A DNA stretch of 64,000 bases, taken from Chiloscyllium plagiosum. Its lineage: Eukaryota. Both the position numbers and the translations under genes were made by a program. Under the pieces are notes generated by a model. It saw nothing but the letters and a program-made list of their open reading frames with translations. It searched no databases and had not been told where the DNA came from. Below are positions 24,116-37,894 of this stretch, in pieces (the stretch's first letter is position 1; every line of letters starts with the position of its first letter). The DNA lies in assembly GCF_004010195.1 (NCBI RefSeq), contig NC_057754.1, forward strand, positions 4,651,280-4,715,279. The letters are read 5' to 3'.

Positions 24116-25240
24116 TCAAAGTTTGTGAGAAGATTTGTAGCTCGGGTGCTCGTTGCTGTGGTTCTGTTCGCCGAGCTGGAAATTTTTGTTGCAAACGTTT
24201 CGTCCCCTGTCTAGGTGACATCCTCAGTGCTTGGGAGCCTCCTGTGAAGCGCTTCTGTGGTGTTTCCTCCAGCATTTATAGTGGTCTGTCCCTGCCGCTA
24301 CCGGTTGTCAGTTTCAGCTGACACATTTCACATTCAACAACCAGATATGCGAACAAATCAACGGAACATCCATGGGCTCACCGATCTTGGGACTCATAGC
24401 AGAAACAGTAATGCAAAGGTTAGAACAAACAGTCTTACCACAAATTCAACCCAAACTCTGGGTCAGATACGTTGATGACACCTTTGTAATCATTAAAAAC
24501 ACGGAAATAGAGAAAACACACCGGATCATCAACCCCACACTCACAGGAATCCGATTCACGAGAGAGGAAGAAAAGGACAACCAACTCCCATTCCTAGACA
24601 TGATGGTNNNNNNNNNNNNNNNNNNNNNNNNNNNNNNNNNNNNNNNNNNNNNNNNNNNNNNNNNNNNNNNNNNNNNNNNNNNNNNNNNNNNNNNNNNNNN
24701 NNNNNNNNNNNNNNNNNNNNNNNNNNNNNNNNNNNNNNNNNNNNNNNNNNNNNNNNNNNNNNNNNNNNNNNNNNNNNNNNNNNNNNNNNNTGCTGGGTAT
24801 CGGGTCCTTCGTTTTGGTGTGTTGTAAACACTAAACACTATATAGGACAAACAGGAAGACAGCTAACGATCCGAATCCACGAACATCAACTAGCCACAAA
24901 ATGACACGACCAGCTATCCCTAGTAGCCACACACGTAGACGACAAGCAACATGAATTTGACTGGGACAACACTACCATTATAGGGCAAGCGAAACAAAGA
25001 ACAGCCAGGGAATTCCTAGACGCATAGCACTCATCCACAAACTCCATCAACAAACACAACGACCTGGACCCAATATACCGGCCACCACAGCAGACAGCTG
25101 AAACTGACAACCGGAAGCAGCAGGGTCAGGCCACTATAAATGCCGGAGGAAACACCACAGAAGCGCTTCACAAGAGGCTCCCAAGCACTGCGGATGTCAC
25201 CTAGACAGGGGACGAAACGTTTGCAACAAAAATTTCCAGC
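24116..25240 (+). mobile_element. Penelope-like element, family D, with inverted 5' terminal repeat, nested in a family B element
   Basis: RT motifs MGSPILGLIAE...WVRYVDDTF; GIY-YIG HYIGQTGRQL; 13-bp TSD TCTCTTTACAGAT at 24103-24115 and 25241-25253; spans the N gap. Confidence 0.9.
24608..24790. other. Assembly gap (183 N)
   Basis: Run of N. Confidence 1.
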
Positions 25241-25639
25241 TCTCTTTACAGATGCTGCCAGACCTGCTGAGCTTTTCCAACAACATCTGTTTTTTGTTTC
25301 TGATTTAAAGCATCCACAGTTCTTCAAGTTTTTACAGTATGCTGTCTTGGATTCCACGTTATACCATATAAAGAATGTTGAGGCAGTGGATAGAGAGAGA
25401 GATGTCAGGTGAGAGATCATAGGATTGCTATGCTAGTGTAAGAATATAAATACTGAAAAAAACGAATTGTTTAAGTTAGTACAGGAATGAGACGGAGTAG
25501 ACAGAAGCAGAATGTTTCCAGTGATGGATGAGGTCTAGAAAAAGACAACACAGATACAAGACTAATTGCAAGGAATTTCGGATACGGCAGGATAGCTAAT
25601 TTTGCATGGAGGGTTTTAGAAATATATTGCCAGAGTAAA

Positions 25640-25950
25640 TGAGGGGCATGGATAGGGTAAGTAGCCAACAACTTTTCCCCAAGGTAGGGGAGTATAAAAC
25701 TAGAGGGCATAAGTTTAAGGTGAGAGGGAAAGGATTTAAATGGGGTCTAACGGGCAACTTTTTCACATAGAGGATGGTGCATGTATGGAATGAGCTCCAG
25801 AGGAAGTAGTGGAGGCTGGTACAATTAAAAGGCACCTGGATGGGTACATGAATGGGAGGAGTTTAGAGGGATATGGCAAATGGTTAGGATATCTGGTCGG
25901 CATAGAGGAGTTGGACCGAAGCGTCTGTTTCCATGCTGTACATCTCTATA
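25640..25950 (+). mobile_element. HER1/CR1 3' fragment
   Basis: ATGAGGGGCATGGATAGGGT...ACTAGAGGGCATAAG...TGGAATGAGCT. Confidence 0.85.
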
Positions 25951-26525
25951 ACTAATTTCTGACTAAACTTTCATCTCTTTGTTATTTGTGGGGACGCTGC
26001 CATTTAATAATGAGTGTAGTCCCAAAGTGAAACAAAAATGGACGAAAAACATTTATTAAACTATTGATGCTGCATAAATATTATGCTCAGGGAGATCAAA
26101 TGGCGGTAGCATTCTCTTTCAGAAGAGAATTATACTTGTCTCCATTGAAGGGTACAATTCTGAGAGGGGTGCAGTAGCAGAGCCAACTGGGTGTGTTTGT
26201 ATGTAAATCATTGAGTTGGCAGGGACATGTTGAGAATGTGGTTAATAAATGTTACATTTTACCAATTTTTATCAATAGAGCATAGAGTTGCAAGATGTTT
26301 ATGTTAAACTTATATAAACACTGGTTTGGCCTCAGCTGGAGTCAAATTCTGGGTGATGCACTTTAGAAATGCCATGTAGGGTTCGAAGAGAATGCAGGAG
26401 GGATTGACAACAATTGTTCCAAGAATGAGAAACATCAGTTATACAGATTTTGTTTTTGTTCACGAGGTGGCAGGCATTGCTGGCTTGGTCAGCATTTTTG
26501 CCCATCCTTAATTGCTTTTGAGAAT

Positions 26526-26740
26526 GATGTGGAGGTGCTGGTGTTGGATTGGAGTGAACAAATTCAGAAGTTACATGACACCAGGTCATAATCTAACAGG
26601 GTTTATTTGAAATCACAAGGTTTTGGACACTGCTTCTTTATCAGGTGATTTCACCTGATGAAGGAGCAGCACTCCAAAACTTTGTGATTCCAAACAAGGC
26701 TGTTAGACTATAACCTGATGTCGTGTGACTTCTGACTTTG
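26526..26740. mobile_element. Penelope-derived palindromic element, family C, inside an old LINE fragment (26455-27230, -)
   Basis: Inverted arms centred on ATCAGGTGATTTCACCTGAT; CAC-CTGATGA-AGGAGCAGCACTCC motif. Confidence 0.75.
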
Positions 26741-28664
26741 CTTTTGAGTAGGTGATGGTGAGCTGCCACCGGGAATTGGTTGGGGGATGGAGGTACATGA
26801 TGATTGGGCGGTTGACCCAAATCTCAGTGAGGGAGTGGTGATATATTTCCAAGTCAAGATGGTGTGTGACTTGAAAGAGAACATGTAGGAGATAGTGTTC
26901 CCATACAACCACTGCCAATACTCGTCTGGATGGTAGAGGTGTGGAAGGTGCAGTTGCTGAGCAGTTGAGCAGAGCAAGCAGTTGACGGTACATTGTGCTG
27001 CCACTGTGTGTTGATGATGGAGCATTTTAGTTGAGCTGGCTTCTCCAATGAGTTGTTTAATTGTCTACCACCATTCACAGCTGGATGTGATAGGACTGCA
27101 GAGCTCAGATCTGGTCTTTTTTTTGTGGTATCGCACAGTCCTGGCACATGCTGCTTCTCGTGTTTGACGCACAAGTAGCTGTGTGTCGCAGCTTCACTAG
27201 GTTGACCCCTCATTTTTGGTTTTATAGTATGATGTGAACTGTTGAGGGAGGGGGGTGTGCCCATGGAGGGGGCCCATGCAGACAGGGGGAGAACGTGCAA
27301 ACTTCACACCGACAATCACCCAAGGATGGGATTGAACCTGGGTCCCTGGTGCTATGAGGCAGCAGTGCTAGCCACAGTGCCGCCCCATTAGAGGTAGGGG
27401 TGCTAGAGGCATTCAGAATTAATAGCGGTCTGGACAGATTAGATTCGGAAACCCTTCTCCCACTGGTGTAAAGGTTTGAGCCTGAGAGGACGCAGATTTA
27501 AGTCAGTTGGCAAAAGAAGCTGTGACAATAAATATGTTTATGCAGTATATCGTTAAAGTCTGGAAAGCAGTGCCTGAGACTGAGTCAATTGAAGTATTTG
27601 AGAGGGAAATGGATTATTATCTGAAAAGGATGAATAGGAAGAGCTGAGGGAATGGCACTAAGTGCATTGATCGTTTGGAGAGTCATACAGACATGATGGG
27701 CTGAATAGCCTTCTCCTGTGCTGTAACAATTCTGTAACTTTCTCCCCAGTACTTTGTTCCTGGTCTCTGCTTGTTTTGACTGTGTTAACAGTGGGACCAC
27801 TCCAATCGACTTGTCAAAAGCCCAGGATTCTGCTCCTTAACATATGCACGTGTAAACTTGCTGGAAAACACATCTTTGTGAAGAACTTTGATAGGAGTAA
27901 ATCAGCAAATAAACTGCTGACAGTAGCAGGAGGATGTTAACCCAAGGAAGCAGATTTTAAAATATTAACCAAACAACCAGAAAAGATATTATGCCACAAG
28001 CAGCTATGCAATATCTGAAATCCCCTTTAGTGAAGGGGTTTGGATAAATACAAAAAGGGGAATATTTGCAGGGCTATGGAGAATGCAGAGGACTAATTGG
28101 ATAGATCTTTGTGAGCTGGTCTGAGCGCGATAGATTGAATGGCCACCTGTATGATGCTCGGGTCACATGTGAAATATACAAGCCACTGAGAGAAAGCTGC
28201 TTTGAGGAAGATGAGGAAATGATGGGAAGAGAAGAAATAATGTGGGTTTTTCTTTTTTTTTTGATATCGCGTCTCAGAAGTTACAATAATCTGTGATTGC
28301 CAGCTCCAGATTCAGGCAGTTTTATAAAATAAACATCAGGGACGGTACAGGCTGTAAGAATCCTGGGGAGTTTCTGCTTGATTTGTAGCTCTGCAGATAG
28401 TGAGAACTGTTTGCTTTGACAGAAGGGGCCATCTGGCCTTTGTTACTGTGTTCAGGCAGCTGTTCCCCAGACTTTTGCAAGCTGATTCTGTTAAACATAA
28501 CTGACCAGAACAAGACCGGACAATTTGAAAGGCACAAGACTAAGTGGCCAAGCTAAAAGCATAGCAGCTTTGCACAAAGGGACTATTATTTTAAGAGGTT
28601 GTGGGTTGATCTCCTGCTGTTGCTGTCTCTTTCTAAGTCAGCCTTTGCTCTGCAGGTAGTTCTC

Positions 28665-28915
28665 TGGTCTGAGTGGGATGGTTACGGGTTCAAGGCTCGC
28701 CAAAGAGACTTCAACACGTTAGCCTGGCACTTCAGTGCACTACCAAGAGAATCTTGCGCTTCTGGAAGTGCTGTCATTTAGATGCAGCTTCAAACTTTTC
28801 CACCCTTCAGATGAACGTAAAAGATCCCATGGTGCTATTTTGAAGAGCAAGATTTTCCCCAGTGGTCAAAAATCTATCAACCAACATCACTGAAAACTGA
28901 TTATCAGGTCATAGC
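28665..28915 (+). mobile_element. DeuSINE (SacSINE1-like)
   Basis: GGGTTCAAG B box and Deu-domain-like GTAAAAGATCCCATGGTGCTATT. Confidence 0.6.
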
Positions 28916-29071
28916 TCATCATATCTCAATCTGAATTGTGTTCACTGGAGTCCAGAGGAATGAGGGGGTGATCTCATAGGAACCAGTAAAATTTTAACAG
29001 GACTAGACAGGTTAGATGCAGGAGGGAATATTCCTAGTGATGCCAGAACCCAGAAAGAGGGGTCAAAGTTA

Positions 29072-30200
29072 GAGTCATAGAGATGTACAGCATGGAAACA
29101 GACCCTTCGGTCCAACCCGTTCATGCCGGCCAGATAACTCAACCCAACCTAGTCCCACCTGCCGGCACCCGGCCCATATCCCTCCAAACCCTTCCTATTC
29201 ATATACCCATCCAAATGCCTTTTAAATGTTGCAATTGTACCAGCCTCCATCACTTCCTCTGGCAGCTCATTCCGTACACGTACCACCCTCTGTGTGAAAA
29301 AGTTGCCCCTTAGGTCTCTTTTATATCTTTCCCCACTCACCCTAAACCTATGCCCTCTAGTTCTGGACTCCCCAACCCCAGGGAAAATACTTTGCCTATT
29401 TACCCTATCCATGCCCCTCATGATTTTGTAAACCTCTAAGGTCACCATCATTGAATCCTTCTTTATCAAATGTGAATCTAGAGTTGTAGAGACATAGAAA
29501 TGTATAGCATAGAAACAGACCCTTTGGTTCAACTTGTCTATGCTGACCAGATAACTTACATTAATATAGTCCCATTTGCCAGCATTGGGCTCATATCCCT
29601 CTAAATCCTTCCTATTCATGTACTCATCCAGATGTCTTTTAAATGTTGTAACTGTACCCACCTCCACCACTTCCTCTGGCAGTTCATTCCATACACACAC
29701 CACCCTTATGTGAAACAGTTGCCCCTTAGGTCCCTTTTAAATCTTACCCATCTCACCAAAAACCTATGCCCTCTGGTTTTACACCCCCCCCCACCCTGGG
29801 GAAAAGACCTTGACAATTCACCCTATCCATGCCCCTCATAATTTTATAAACTTATGTAAGGTCACCCCTCAGCCTCCCACGATCCAGGGAAAACAGTCCC
29901 AGCCTGTTCAGCCTCTCATAGCTCAAATCTACCAACCCTGGCAACATCCTTGTAAATCTTTTCTGAATGCTTTCAAGTTTCACAACATCTTTCCGATAGG
30001 AAAGAGACTAGAATTGCATGCAATAATCCAACAGTGGCCTAACTAATGACCTGTACAGCCGCAACATGACCTCCCAACAACTTCTTCACTATCCTATCTA
30101 CCTGCAACTCCACTTTCAAGGAGCTATGAACCTGCACTCCAAGGTCTCTTTGTTCAGCAACACTCCCTAGGACCTTACCATTAAGTGTATGAGTCCTGCT
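29072..30200 (-). mobile_element. Two tandem HER1/CR1 3' fragments (29072-29445, 29490-30200) inside an older + strand CR1 (28940-30580)
   Basis: Two successive 3' ends; EVYKIMRGMDRVN...FFTQRVVRVRNELP. Confidence 0.9.
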
Positions 30201-30749
30201 ATACGGTATAAACCATTTAGGACCGAGATGGGAAGAAGTTTCTTCACCCAGAGAGTGGTGAGTTTGTGGAATTTGCTACATCAGAAAGCACTCAAAGCCA
30301 ATACATCGTATAGTTTTAAGAAGAAATTAGATATAGTACTTGGGGCTAAAGGGCTTGATGGATAGGGAAAAGTGAGTACTGCAGATGCTGGAAACCAGAC
30401 TCTAGATTAGAGTGGTGCTGGAAAAGCACAGCAGGTCAGGCAGCATCCGAGGAGCAGGATGTATAGAGAGAAAAGCGGGAACAGCGTATTGAGTTGGATG
30501 ATCAGTCATGATGATAATGAATGGCAGATCAGGCTTAAAGGGCCAAAATGGCATACTCCTGCTCTTATTTTCTACGTTTCTATCATTGTATGTGAGATAC
30601 ACAAATTATATATCTCACTGTGTGCAAAGTGGCCAAGTTTCCCACGTTTCTCCATATCAAGTGGCCACATTTGAAAATTATCTTGAAGGCTGTTATGCAT
30701 ATGGGATGTCATGAGGTTGTAAGAGCCAACATAGAAATACAAGTCATAG

Positions 30750-31345
30750 ATTTCCTACATTGTGGAAGCCGGCCACTTAGCCCATCAGGTCCACAACAAT
30801 CATCTGAAGAGCATTCCATCTGGAGATCCCCCCCCTGCCCCACCAACCATTTCCCTGCAACCCTGCATTTCCCATGGTTGATCCACCCAGCCTATACATC
30901 TTCGGGCAGTATGGGCAAATTTAGCATGATTAGACTAGTGCTGGAAAGGCACAGCAGGGCTGGCAACATCCGAGGAGCTGGAAAGTCAATGTTTCGGGCA
31001 AAAGCCTCATTCCTGATCAAGGATTTTTGCCCGAAACATCGATTTTCCTGTTCCTCAATGTTGTCTGACCTGCTGTGCTTTTCCACCACCACTCTAATCT
31101 TTACTCTAATCTCCAGCATCTGCAGTACCCGCTTCTGTCTAGCAAATCTAGCATAGTCAATCCACCTAACCTCCACATCCCTGGACACAATGAGCAATTT
31201 AGCATGGTACGTCCATCTAACCTATATATCTTTGTGCCCATAGGAGGAAACTCATGCAGACACAGGAGAATGTGCAAATTCCACACAATTACCTGAGGCC
31301 GGAATTAAACTTGGGTCCCTGGTGCTGTGAGACAGCAGTGTTAAT
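30750..31345 (-). mobile_element. HE1 SINE interrupted by a family A palindrome (30928-31141)
   Basis: 13-bp TSD GCAAAT(T/C)TAGCAT at 30915-30927 and 31142-31154. Confidence 0.85.
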
Positions 31346-32096
31346 CTTTGTCTTTAAAATTCAGACAGCATAGCAATGGACAACAAAAGATGTGATCTCA
31401 CATTTCTGTTTGTTTTACTTCTGAAGCACATTTTCAGCAGTTCTGTGGGTGGGTGGAAATAAATGTGGACATGTGCTTCAGGGGGCATGGAAATGGGCAG
31501 TTTCATTTTCTAACTTTTGTTCATACACAATAGTTGTTCAGAGATGTTGGACCCTGGGGTAACACAAAGAGAAAAGTCAGGGAGGGATGATCACCAACAA
31601 GTTTTCCCTTATTTGGTTTCCTGCTGACACTGAATCTTTCACACACCAGCACAAGTACCAGTCAGCTGTAGTGTGGAGTCAGCCTTGACTTCCTTCCAGG
31701 ATTAGTGCAGTCCAGACCGAATGGTGTGGTGCAGTGAAGTCGCAAAGAGATGGCCTATCTTGAGGCCTCCTCATGCAACACTCTCTCAACACCAGACCTG
31801 GTCTTTTTTATTTAATCTCTGTTTGTGAGAGCTTGCAATGTGAAAATTGGCTTCCTTACAAGTGACGACAATTTGAGTGTACTTCATTGGCTGAGCATGC
31901 TTTGGGATGCTCTGAGCTCATAAGAGGTGCAAGGTAAATGTAAGTATGTTTCTTTATCCTCAGATTGTTTAGGGTTGGAGCAGTAAAATTGGTCAGTATG
32001 CTTGCTGGAAGATGGATGTGCTTGTAGATGTCGGATAAGGAACCTGATTCATAGTCTAGTGACACTTTAGCTATTCTCTGACTCTGATGTGAGGTA

Positions 32097-32530
32097 GTCA
32101 TAGAGTCATACAGCATGGAAACAGGCCCTTTGGCCCAACTCATTTGCCTGTGTTTGGCCCATGTTCCTGTAAACCCTTCATTTTCAAGTACCTGCCCAAA
32201 TGTGTTTTAAGTATTTTAGGTGTACCTGCCTCTACCACTTCTTCTGGCAGCTCATTCCATACATGCGCCACCCTCTGTGTCAAAACGTTGCCCTCCAAAT
32301 CCCTTTTATATCTATCCTCTCACCGAAAGCTTATGCCCTTTAGGTTTGGATTCCTGAAACCTCCGAAAAAGACTTTGGCTATTCACCCTATCCATGCCCT
32401 TCATGATTTTATAAACTTCTATAGATCTAGTCAAAATGGGAGCATGAATACGAAGGGTTTAGAGGGACATAAGTCAAATGTTGGCAAATAGAAATAGATT
32501 ATCTTAGGATATCTGGTCGGCATGGACAAG
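32097..32530 (-). mobile_element. HER1/CR1 3' fragment with adjacent inverted piece
   Basis: Minus-strand 3' end 32097-32420; plus-strand 3' piece 32440-32530. Confidence 0.8.
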
Positions 32531-33265
32531 TGATCAGTGTTACTTTGTCAAAGTCAACGTCTGCCTTGTTTCCCAAGAAAAGGTCAGCCTCTCTAGTAGG
32601 GCAATTTACATATTAATTGAGATGCTGGAGGCAGTGAGTACCCATGGTTCCCTGTGGCATTGTGCAGCAGCCCCTGCACCACCCATCAACAGACTCATTT
32701 CACCATTTGAAAGCACTAGATATCAGTTCATTTTTACCCGCAAAATAAAAGGCACTTTAGGTCGACTGGAGGTCTGATGGCTGTGCCCGGAGGCTGTTGT
32801 TGGCTTAATCCTAACAATAATAAAGGCTGTTGACCAGCAGGAAAAGCAAATAGAGCGGAAGGATGAACAGTTACTGTGTGTGATCACAGGCCTGAGCTTC
32901 TGACAAATAATATCTGACACCTCCCATTCACACAGAGCACAGCAGGCTCTGCCCCTGAATGAGAAACCCCAGACACGCTGACTATAGAGATATTAACTTT
33001 TACACAGGACCCTGCATTGTCAGCGAGCATGCAGCATTTTTGGGAACCCGTAAATCCGTTGGATACAGATTCAATATCACTGGCAAAAAAATTTCCAAGA
33101 GTGGGCAGGTTGTGCGGAGATGGGGTGAGCACCGCTTTAATTCAGTGAGTTATGATCTGAAAGGTTATAAATTTCTAAAGGAAGTTAGATTTGTACTGAA
33201 AAGAAGTGACAATCTTTGTTCAAGACGTATTTGATGACTGCTTCAGAATATGAGGAAAGAAAAGT

Positions 33266-33850
33266 GGGCGGCATGGTGGCACAATGGTTAGCACTGCTGC
33301 CTCATAGCGCCAGAGACCCCGGTTCAACTCCCGCCTCAGGCGACTGACCGTGTGGAGTTTGCACATTCTCCCCGTGTCTGCTGGGTTTCCTCCAGGTGCT
33401 CCGGTTTCCTCCCACAGTCCAAAAAAAAGTGCAGGTTAGGTGAATTGGCCATGCTAAATTGCCCGTAGTGTTAGATGAAGGGATAAATGCAGCTATTACG
33501 AGGGGGCGTAGCTTTAAATTAAGGGGTGGTAGGTATAGGACAGATGTTAGGGGTAGATTCTTTACTCTGCGAGTCGTGAGTTCATGGAATGCCCTGCCAG
33601 TAGCAGTGGTGGACTCTCCCTCTTTATGGGCATTTAAACGGGCATTGGATAGGCATATGGAGGATAGTGGGCTAGTGTAGGTTGGCTGGGCTTGGATCGG
33701 CGCAACATCAAGGGCCAAAGATCCTGTACTGCGCTGTATTTTTCTATGTTCTATGTAGGGGAATGGGTCTGGGTGGGTTGCTCTTCGGAGGGTCGGTGTG
33801 GGCTTGTTGGGCCAAATGGCCTGTTTCCACACTGTAAGTAATCTAATCTA
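33266..33850 (+). mobile_element. HE1 SINE interrupted by young HER1 3' fragment (33490-33755)
   Basis: HE1 body breaks at GGATAAATG and resumes at TAGGGGAATGGG. Confidence 0.9.
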
Positions 33851-33926
33851 AAAGAGTTAGAGGTAAGAAGTCACTCAGTTAAGGAACTGGGAAAGGATGA
33901 GTTAATTTAGGAACATAGGAAGAGGG

Positions 33927-35050
33927 TCAAGATTAGAGTCGTGCTGGAAAAGCACAGCAGGTCAGGCAGCTCCAAGGAAAAGGAAAATCAACGCTTTGGG
34001 CAAAAGCTCTTAATCAGGAATGAGGCTGGGAGCTTCGGGGGTGGAGAACCATCCATCCAACCGCAACAAGGACAGACCCCCCCCCCCCCGGGTCCTCGCC
34101 TTCCACCTCATCAAACTCCATATCCATCGCATTATCCGACGACATTTCCACCACCTACAAATAGACCCCACCACCAGAGATATATGTCACTCCCAACCCT
34201 ATCCGCTTTCCGTAAAGACTGTTCCCTCTGTGACTACCTGGTCAGGTCCATGCCCCCCAACAACCCACCCTCCCCTCCTGGCACCTTCCCCTGCACTGCA
34301 GGAAATGCCAAATCTGCACCCACATCTCCCCCCTCACCTCCGTCCAAGGCCCCAAAGGAGTCTTCCACGTCCATTAAAGCTTCACCTGCACTTCCACACG
34401 TCATTTATTGCATCAGTTGCTCCCGATGTAGTCTCCTCTATATTGGGGAGACTGGACGCCTACTCGCAGACCGCTTTGGAGAACATCTCTCGGACACCCG
34501 CACCAATCAACCCCACCGCCCCGTGGCCAAACATTTCAACTCCCCTTACCATTCTGCCAAGGACATGCAGGTCCTGGGCCTCCTCCATCACCACTCCCTT
34601 ATCACCTGACGCTTGGAGGAAGAACGCCTCATCTTCCACCTCAGGACTATTCAACCCATGGCACCAATGTGGCCTTCACCAGTTTCCCCATTTCCCCTCT
34701 CCCCACTTTACCTCAGTTCCAATCTTCCAGCTCAGCACCATTCTCATGACCTGTCCCACCTGACAATCTTCCTTCCCACCTATCCGCTCCACTCTCCTCT
34801 CCGACCTAGCACCTTCACCCCCACTTCCATCCACCTATTGCACTCTCAGCTATCTTCCCCCCACCCCACCAACCCCTCCCATTTATCTATCCACTCCCAA
34901 GGCTCCCAGCCTCATTCTTGATGAAGGGCTTTTGCCCGAAACGTCGATTTTTTTTCCTGCTCCTTGGATGCTGCCTGACCTGCTGTGCTTTTCCAGCACC
35001 ACTCTAAACTAGACTCTCATCTACAGCATCTGCAGCACCCACTTTTGCCT
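33927..35050 (+). mobile_element. Penelope-like element, family A, GIY-YIG domain with inverted terminal repeats
   Basis: HVIYCISCSRCSLLYIGETGRLLADRFGEHL; arms 33930-34030 and 34900-35020; TSD CATAGGAA(G/T)AGGG at 33914-33926 and 35051-35063. Confidence 0.9.
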
Positions 35051-35154
35051 CATAGGAATAGGGATGAGCCATTTGTATCCGTTCATGTATCATTATAATA
35101 GAAAGATTACAACACAGAAGGAGGCTATTCAGCCCATCCTATCACTTCTGTGCA

Positions 35155-35945
35155 ATTGAAACATAGAAAATAGGGCTAGGCCATTCTGTCCTTTGAGCCT
35201 GCACAACCATTCAATATGATCATGGCTGATGATATAATTTCAGTATCCCACTCCTGCTTTTTCTCCATACCCTTTGAACCCTTTAGTTGCAAGGACCACA
35301 CCCAACTCCCTCTTGAATATATCTTATAACTGGCCCCAACAGCTTCCTGTGGGAGAGAATTCCACAGGTTCATAACTCTCTGAGTGAAGAAATTCTTCCT
35401 CATCTCAGTACTGAATGGTTTACCCCTTATTCTGAGACTATGACCCCTGGAACATTCTTCCTCCATCTAGCCCTGACTAGTCTCATCAGATTTTATATGT
35501 TCCTATGCGATCGCTCCTTATTCTTATAAATTCTAGCGAGTACAAGCCCATTCGATCCAGTCTTTCTTCATATATCAGTCCTGCCATCCTGGGAATCAGT
35601 CTGATGAACCTTCGCTGATCTCCTTCATGATCAAAAATGTGCTTCCTCAGACCAGGAGACTGAAACTACATGCAATACTGAAGGTGTGGCCTCACCAAGG
35701 TCCTCTATAACTGCAGCAAGACATCCCTACCCTGATACTCAAATCCTCTCGTTATGAAGGTCAGCATGCCATTAACTTTCTTGACTCCCTCTGCACCTGG
35801 ATGCCAACCTTAGGTGACTGTTTCACCCTAACACCTCTTTGCACCTCACCTTTTGCTAAACTGCCACCATTCAGATAATCTGCCTTCCCATTTTTGCCAC
35901 CTCACGTTTATTCACCTTATATTGCATTTGCCAAATATTCTGCTC
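35155..35945 (-). mobile_element. CR1-clade LINE 3' fragment (older subfamily)
   Basis: SRGHSLRIRGKPFSTEMRKNFFTQRVMNLWNSLP. Confidence 0.85.
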
Positions 35946-36652
35946 TTGACTCTTCCAAGGAGGAGAAGGGTTTCTCCCAGTGGCCTGGACTTCTTTTCAG
36001 TATCATTGTCCCCTTGTTCTTGATAGTTCCACCATTTTAAGTGGTTTCTCTGTCTTAATCGTTTCGTATTTTAAACACTTCAATAGTCAATGGAATGCAA
36101 GTCCAGTATCTTTAACTCATCCTTCGGTCATTCTGCAAAGCAGCATTCCATTGACTCTAAAGCCAATGAGTCCTTTGCAGCACCCAATACTCAACATAAT
36201 CTTATAGACAGGGCCTTACCAAGTCTGTCTACAACTGCAGCATACCTTCTTCCCCTGTATATTCCAATCATCTTGAGATATTGCAGTAGGGTATGATTTT
36301 AACCCTCATAACTTGACAAGCAAAAGGATAATGGCTCAAAATTATAGCACTTATACGAACACACAAAACAGGAGCAGATGTCGACCATTTGGCCCCTCAA
36401 GACTGTTGTGTCATTCAATAAGGTCAAAGATGAACGGTTTGTGTTTTGAATTTAACCTACGTCTCTACCATTTGAATGTGTCCCCTTGGCCAGCAGCATA
36501 GCTTTTGTCTAAATTTGAACAAAAGAAGTTTGCACTTTTTTTTGCTGCCTTCCATGCTGTATCTAATTCAGAGTACAGACTCCATTTTAACTTAGTCCTA
36601 CTTCGACTCCCACTGGAATTCCTGTTTTCTCTTAGTGTGCTATAATGAACTG

Positions 36653-36769
36653 CACAACACCAGGTTATAGTCCAATAGGTTTATTTGGAAGCACTCGCTT
36701 TCGGAGCACCGCTGCTGTTGTGTGAATTTTAACTTTGTCCACCTCAGTCCAACACCGGCACCTCCAAGT
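36653..36769. mobile_element. Minimal family C fold-back insertion
   Basis: Perfect 12-bp TSD TATAATGAACTG at 36641-36652 and 36770-36781. Confidence 0.8.
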
Positions 36770-37169
36770 TATAATGAACTGAAATAACTCCACAAAGGCC
36801 AGTATCCAGTTGCTTAGTCACCCTTTATTTATACATGCACAGTGCATCACACTGACCCAGCTAGCTCAGAGCTGGCTCCTAGAGTGAGCAGAACCCCTGA
36901 CACTCCTGTTTATTTCTTTTAAATGTATAAAACATGCTCAAAGTGAAATAACTCCACAGAGGCCAGTATCCCGTCACCAAATTCCCCTTGCACGTGGAGA
37001 GCCCTTGACACCAACACTCCTGTTTAAATCTGTGAGCCAGGACTCCCTGATTGGACCATGTTAACAGCCTCAGTCAGGGAACTCATTTTCTATGAGGTCC
37101 ACATGGCTGACATTGTTTCAAACACTACATGAACCATTTCTATTCTAGGCAGAATAGATGCCTTGAAGG

Positions 37170-37894
37170 TATAACTTCAAGCCTTTGGCCACCTGAGGAA
37201 AAGGGCGTTCAAAGATAACAACATCAGATTTGTCACATGATTTACAAAGCTGTGGTGGTTCCTACCCTCCTACATGCTGGCTCGTGATGTGGACTATTTA
37301 CAGCAGGAACCTCAAGGTACTGGAGCAGTACTAGTGACGCTGCCCGTGGAAGATCCTCTGAATCCGCTGGGAAGAAAGGTGCACCAACACCACTATCCTC
37401 GACTAGGTCAACATCCCCAGCATTGAGGCACTGACCACCCTTGATCGGCTGTGATGTGGCTGGGCATGTCCTCTGCATGACTGACACAAAATTCTTCAAA
37501 CAGGTGCTCTATTCCAAGCTATGAAACAGAGTGGAGCCCCAGGTGGACAGAGGAAGCGCTTCAGGGATACCCTCAAGGCCACACTGGCAAAGTGCAGCAT
37601 TCCTACAGACACCAAGGAATCACTGGCCCAACACCATCCAAAGTGGAGGAAAAGCATCCGGGAAGGCGTCGAGCACCTCGAGGCTTGCTTTTAATGAAAA
37701 AACGGAAGCAGGCAGAAACAAGGTAAGGGGTGCACTACCATGCCAACGACCCACCCAACCCTTCCTGCGACCACCTTCTGCCCCAAGTGTAACAGAGTCT
37801 GCGGTAGCCCCCTCGATCTGTACAGCCACCTATGGACTCACCCTGAGTGTGGGAGAGAGTCATCCTCATCTGCGAGCGACCACTGATGATGATG
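37170..37894 (+). mobile_element. RTE-clade LINE 3' fragment
   Basis: YKAVVVPTLL...WTIYSRNLKVLEQY; RKRFRDTLKATL; terminal C2H2-like CPKCNR...H; (GAT)n tail. Confidence 0.85.
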
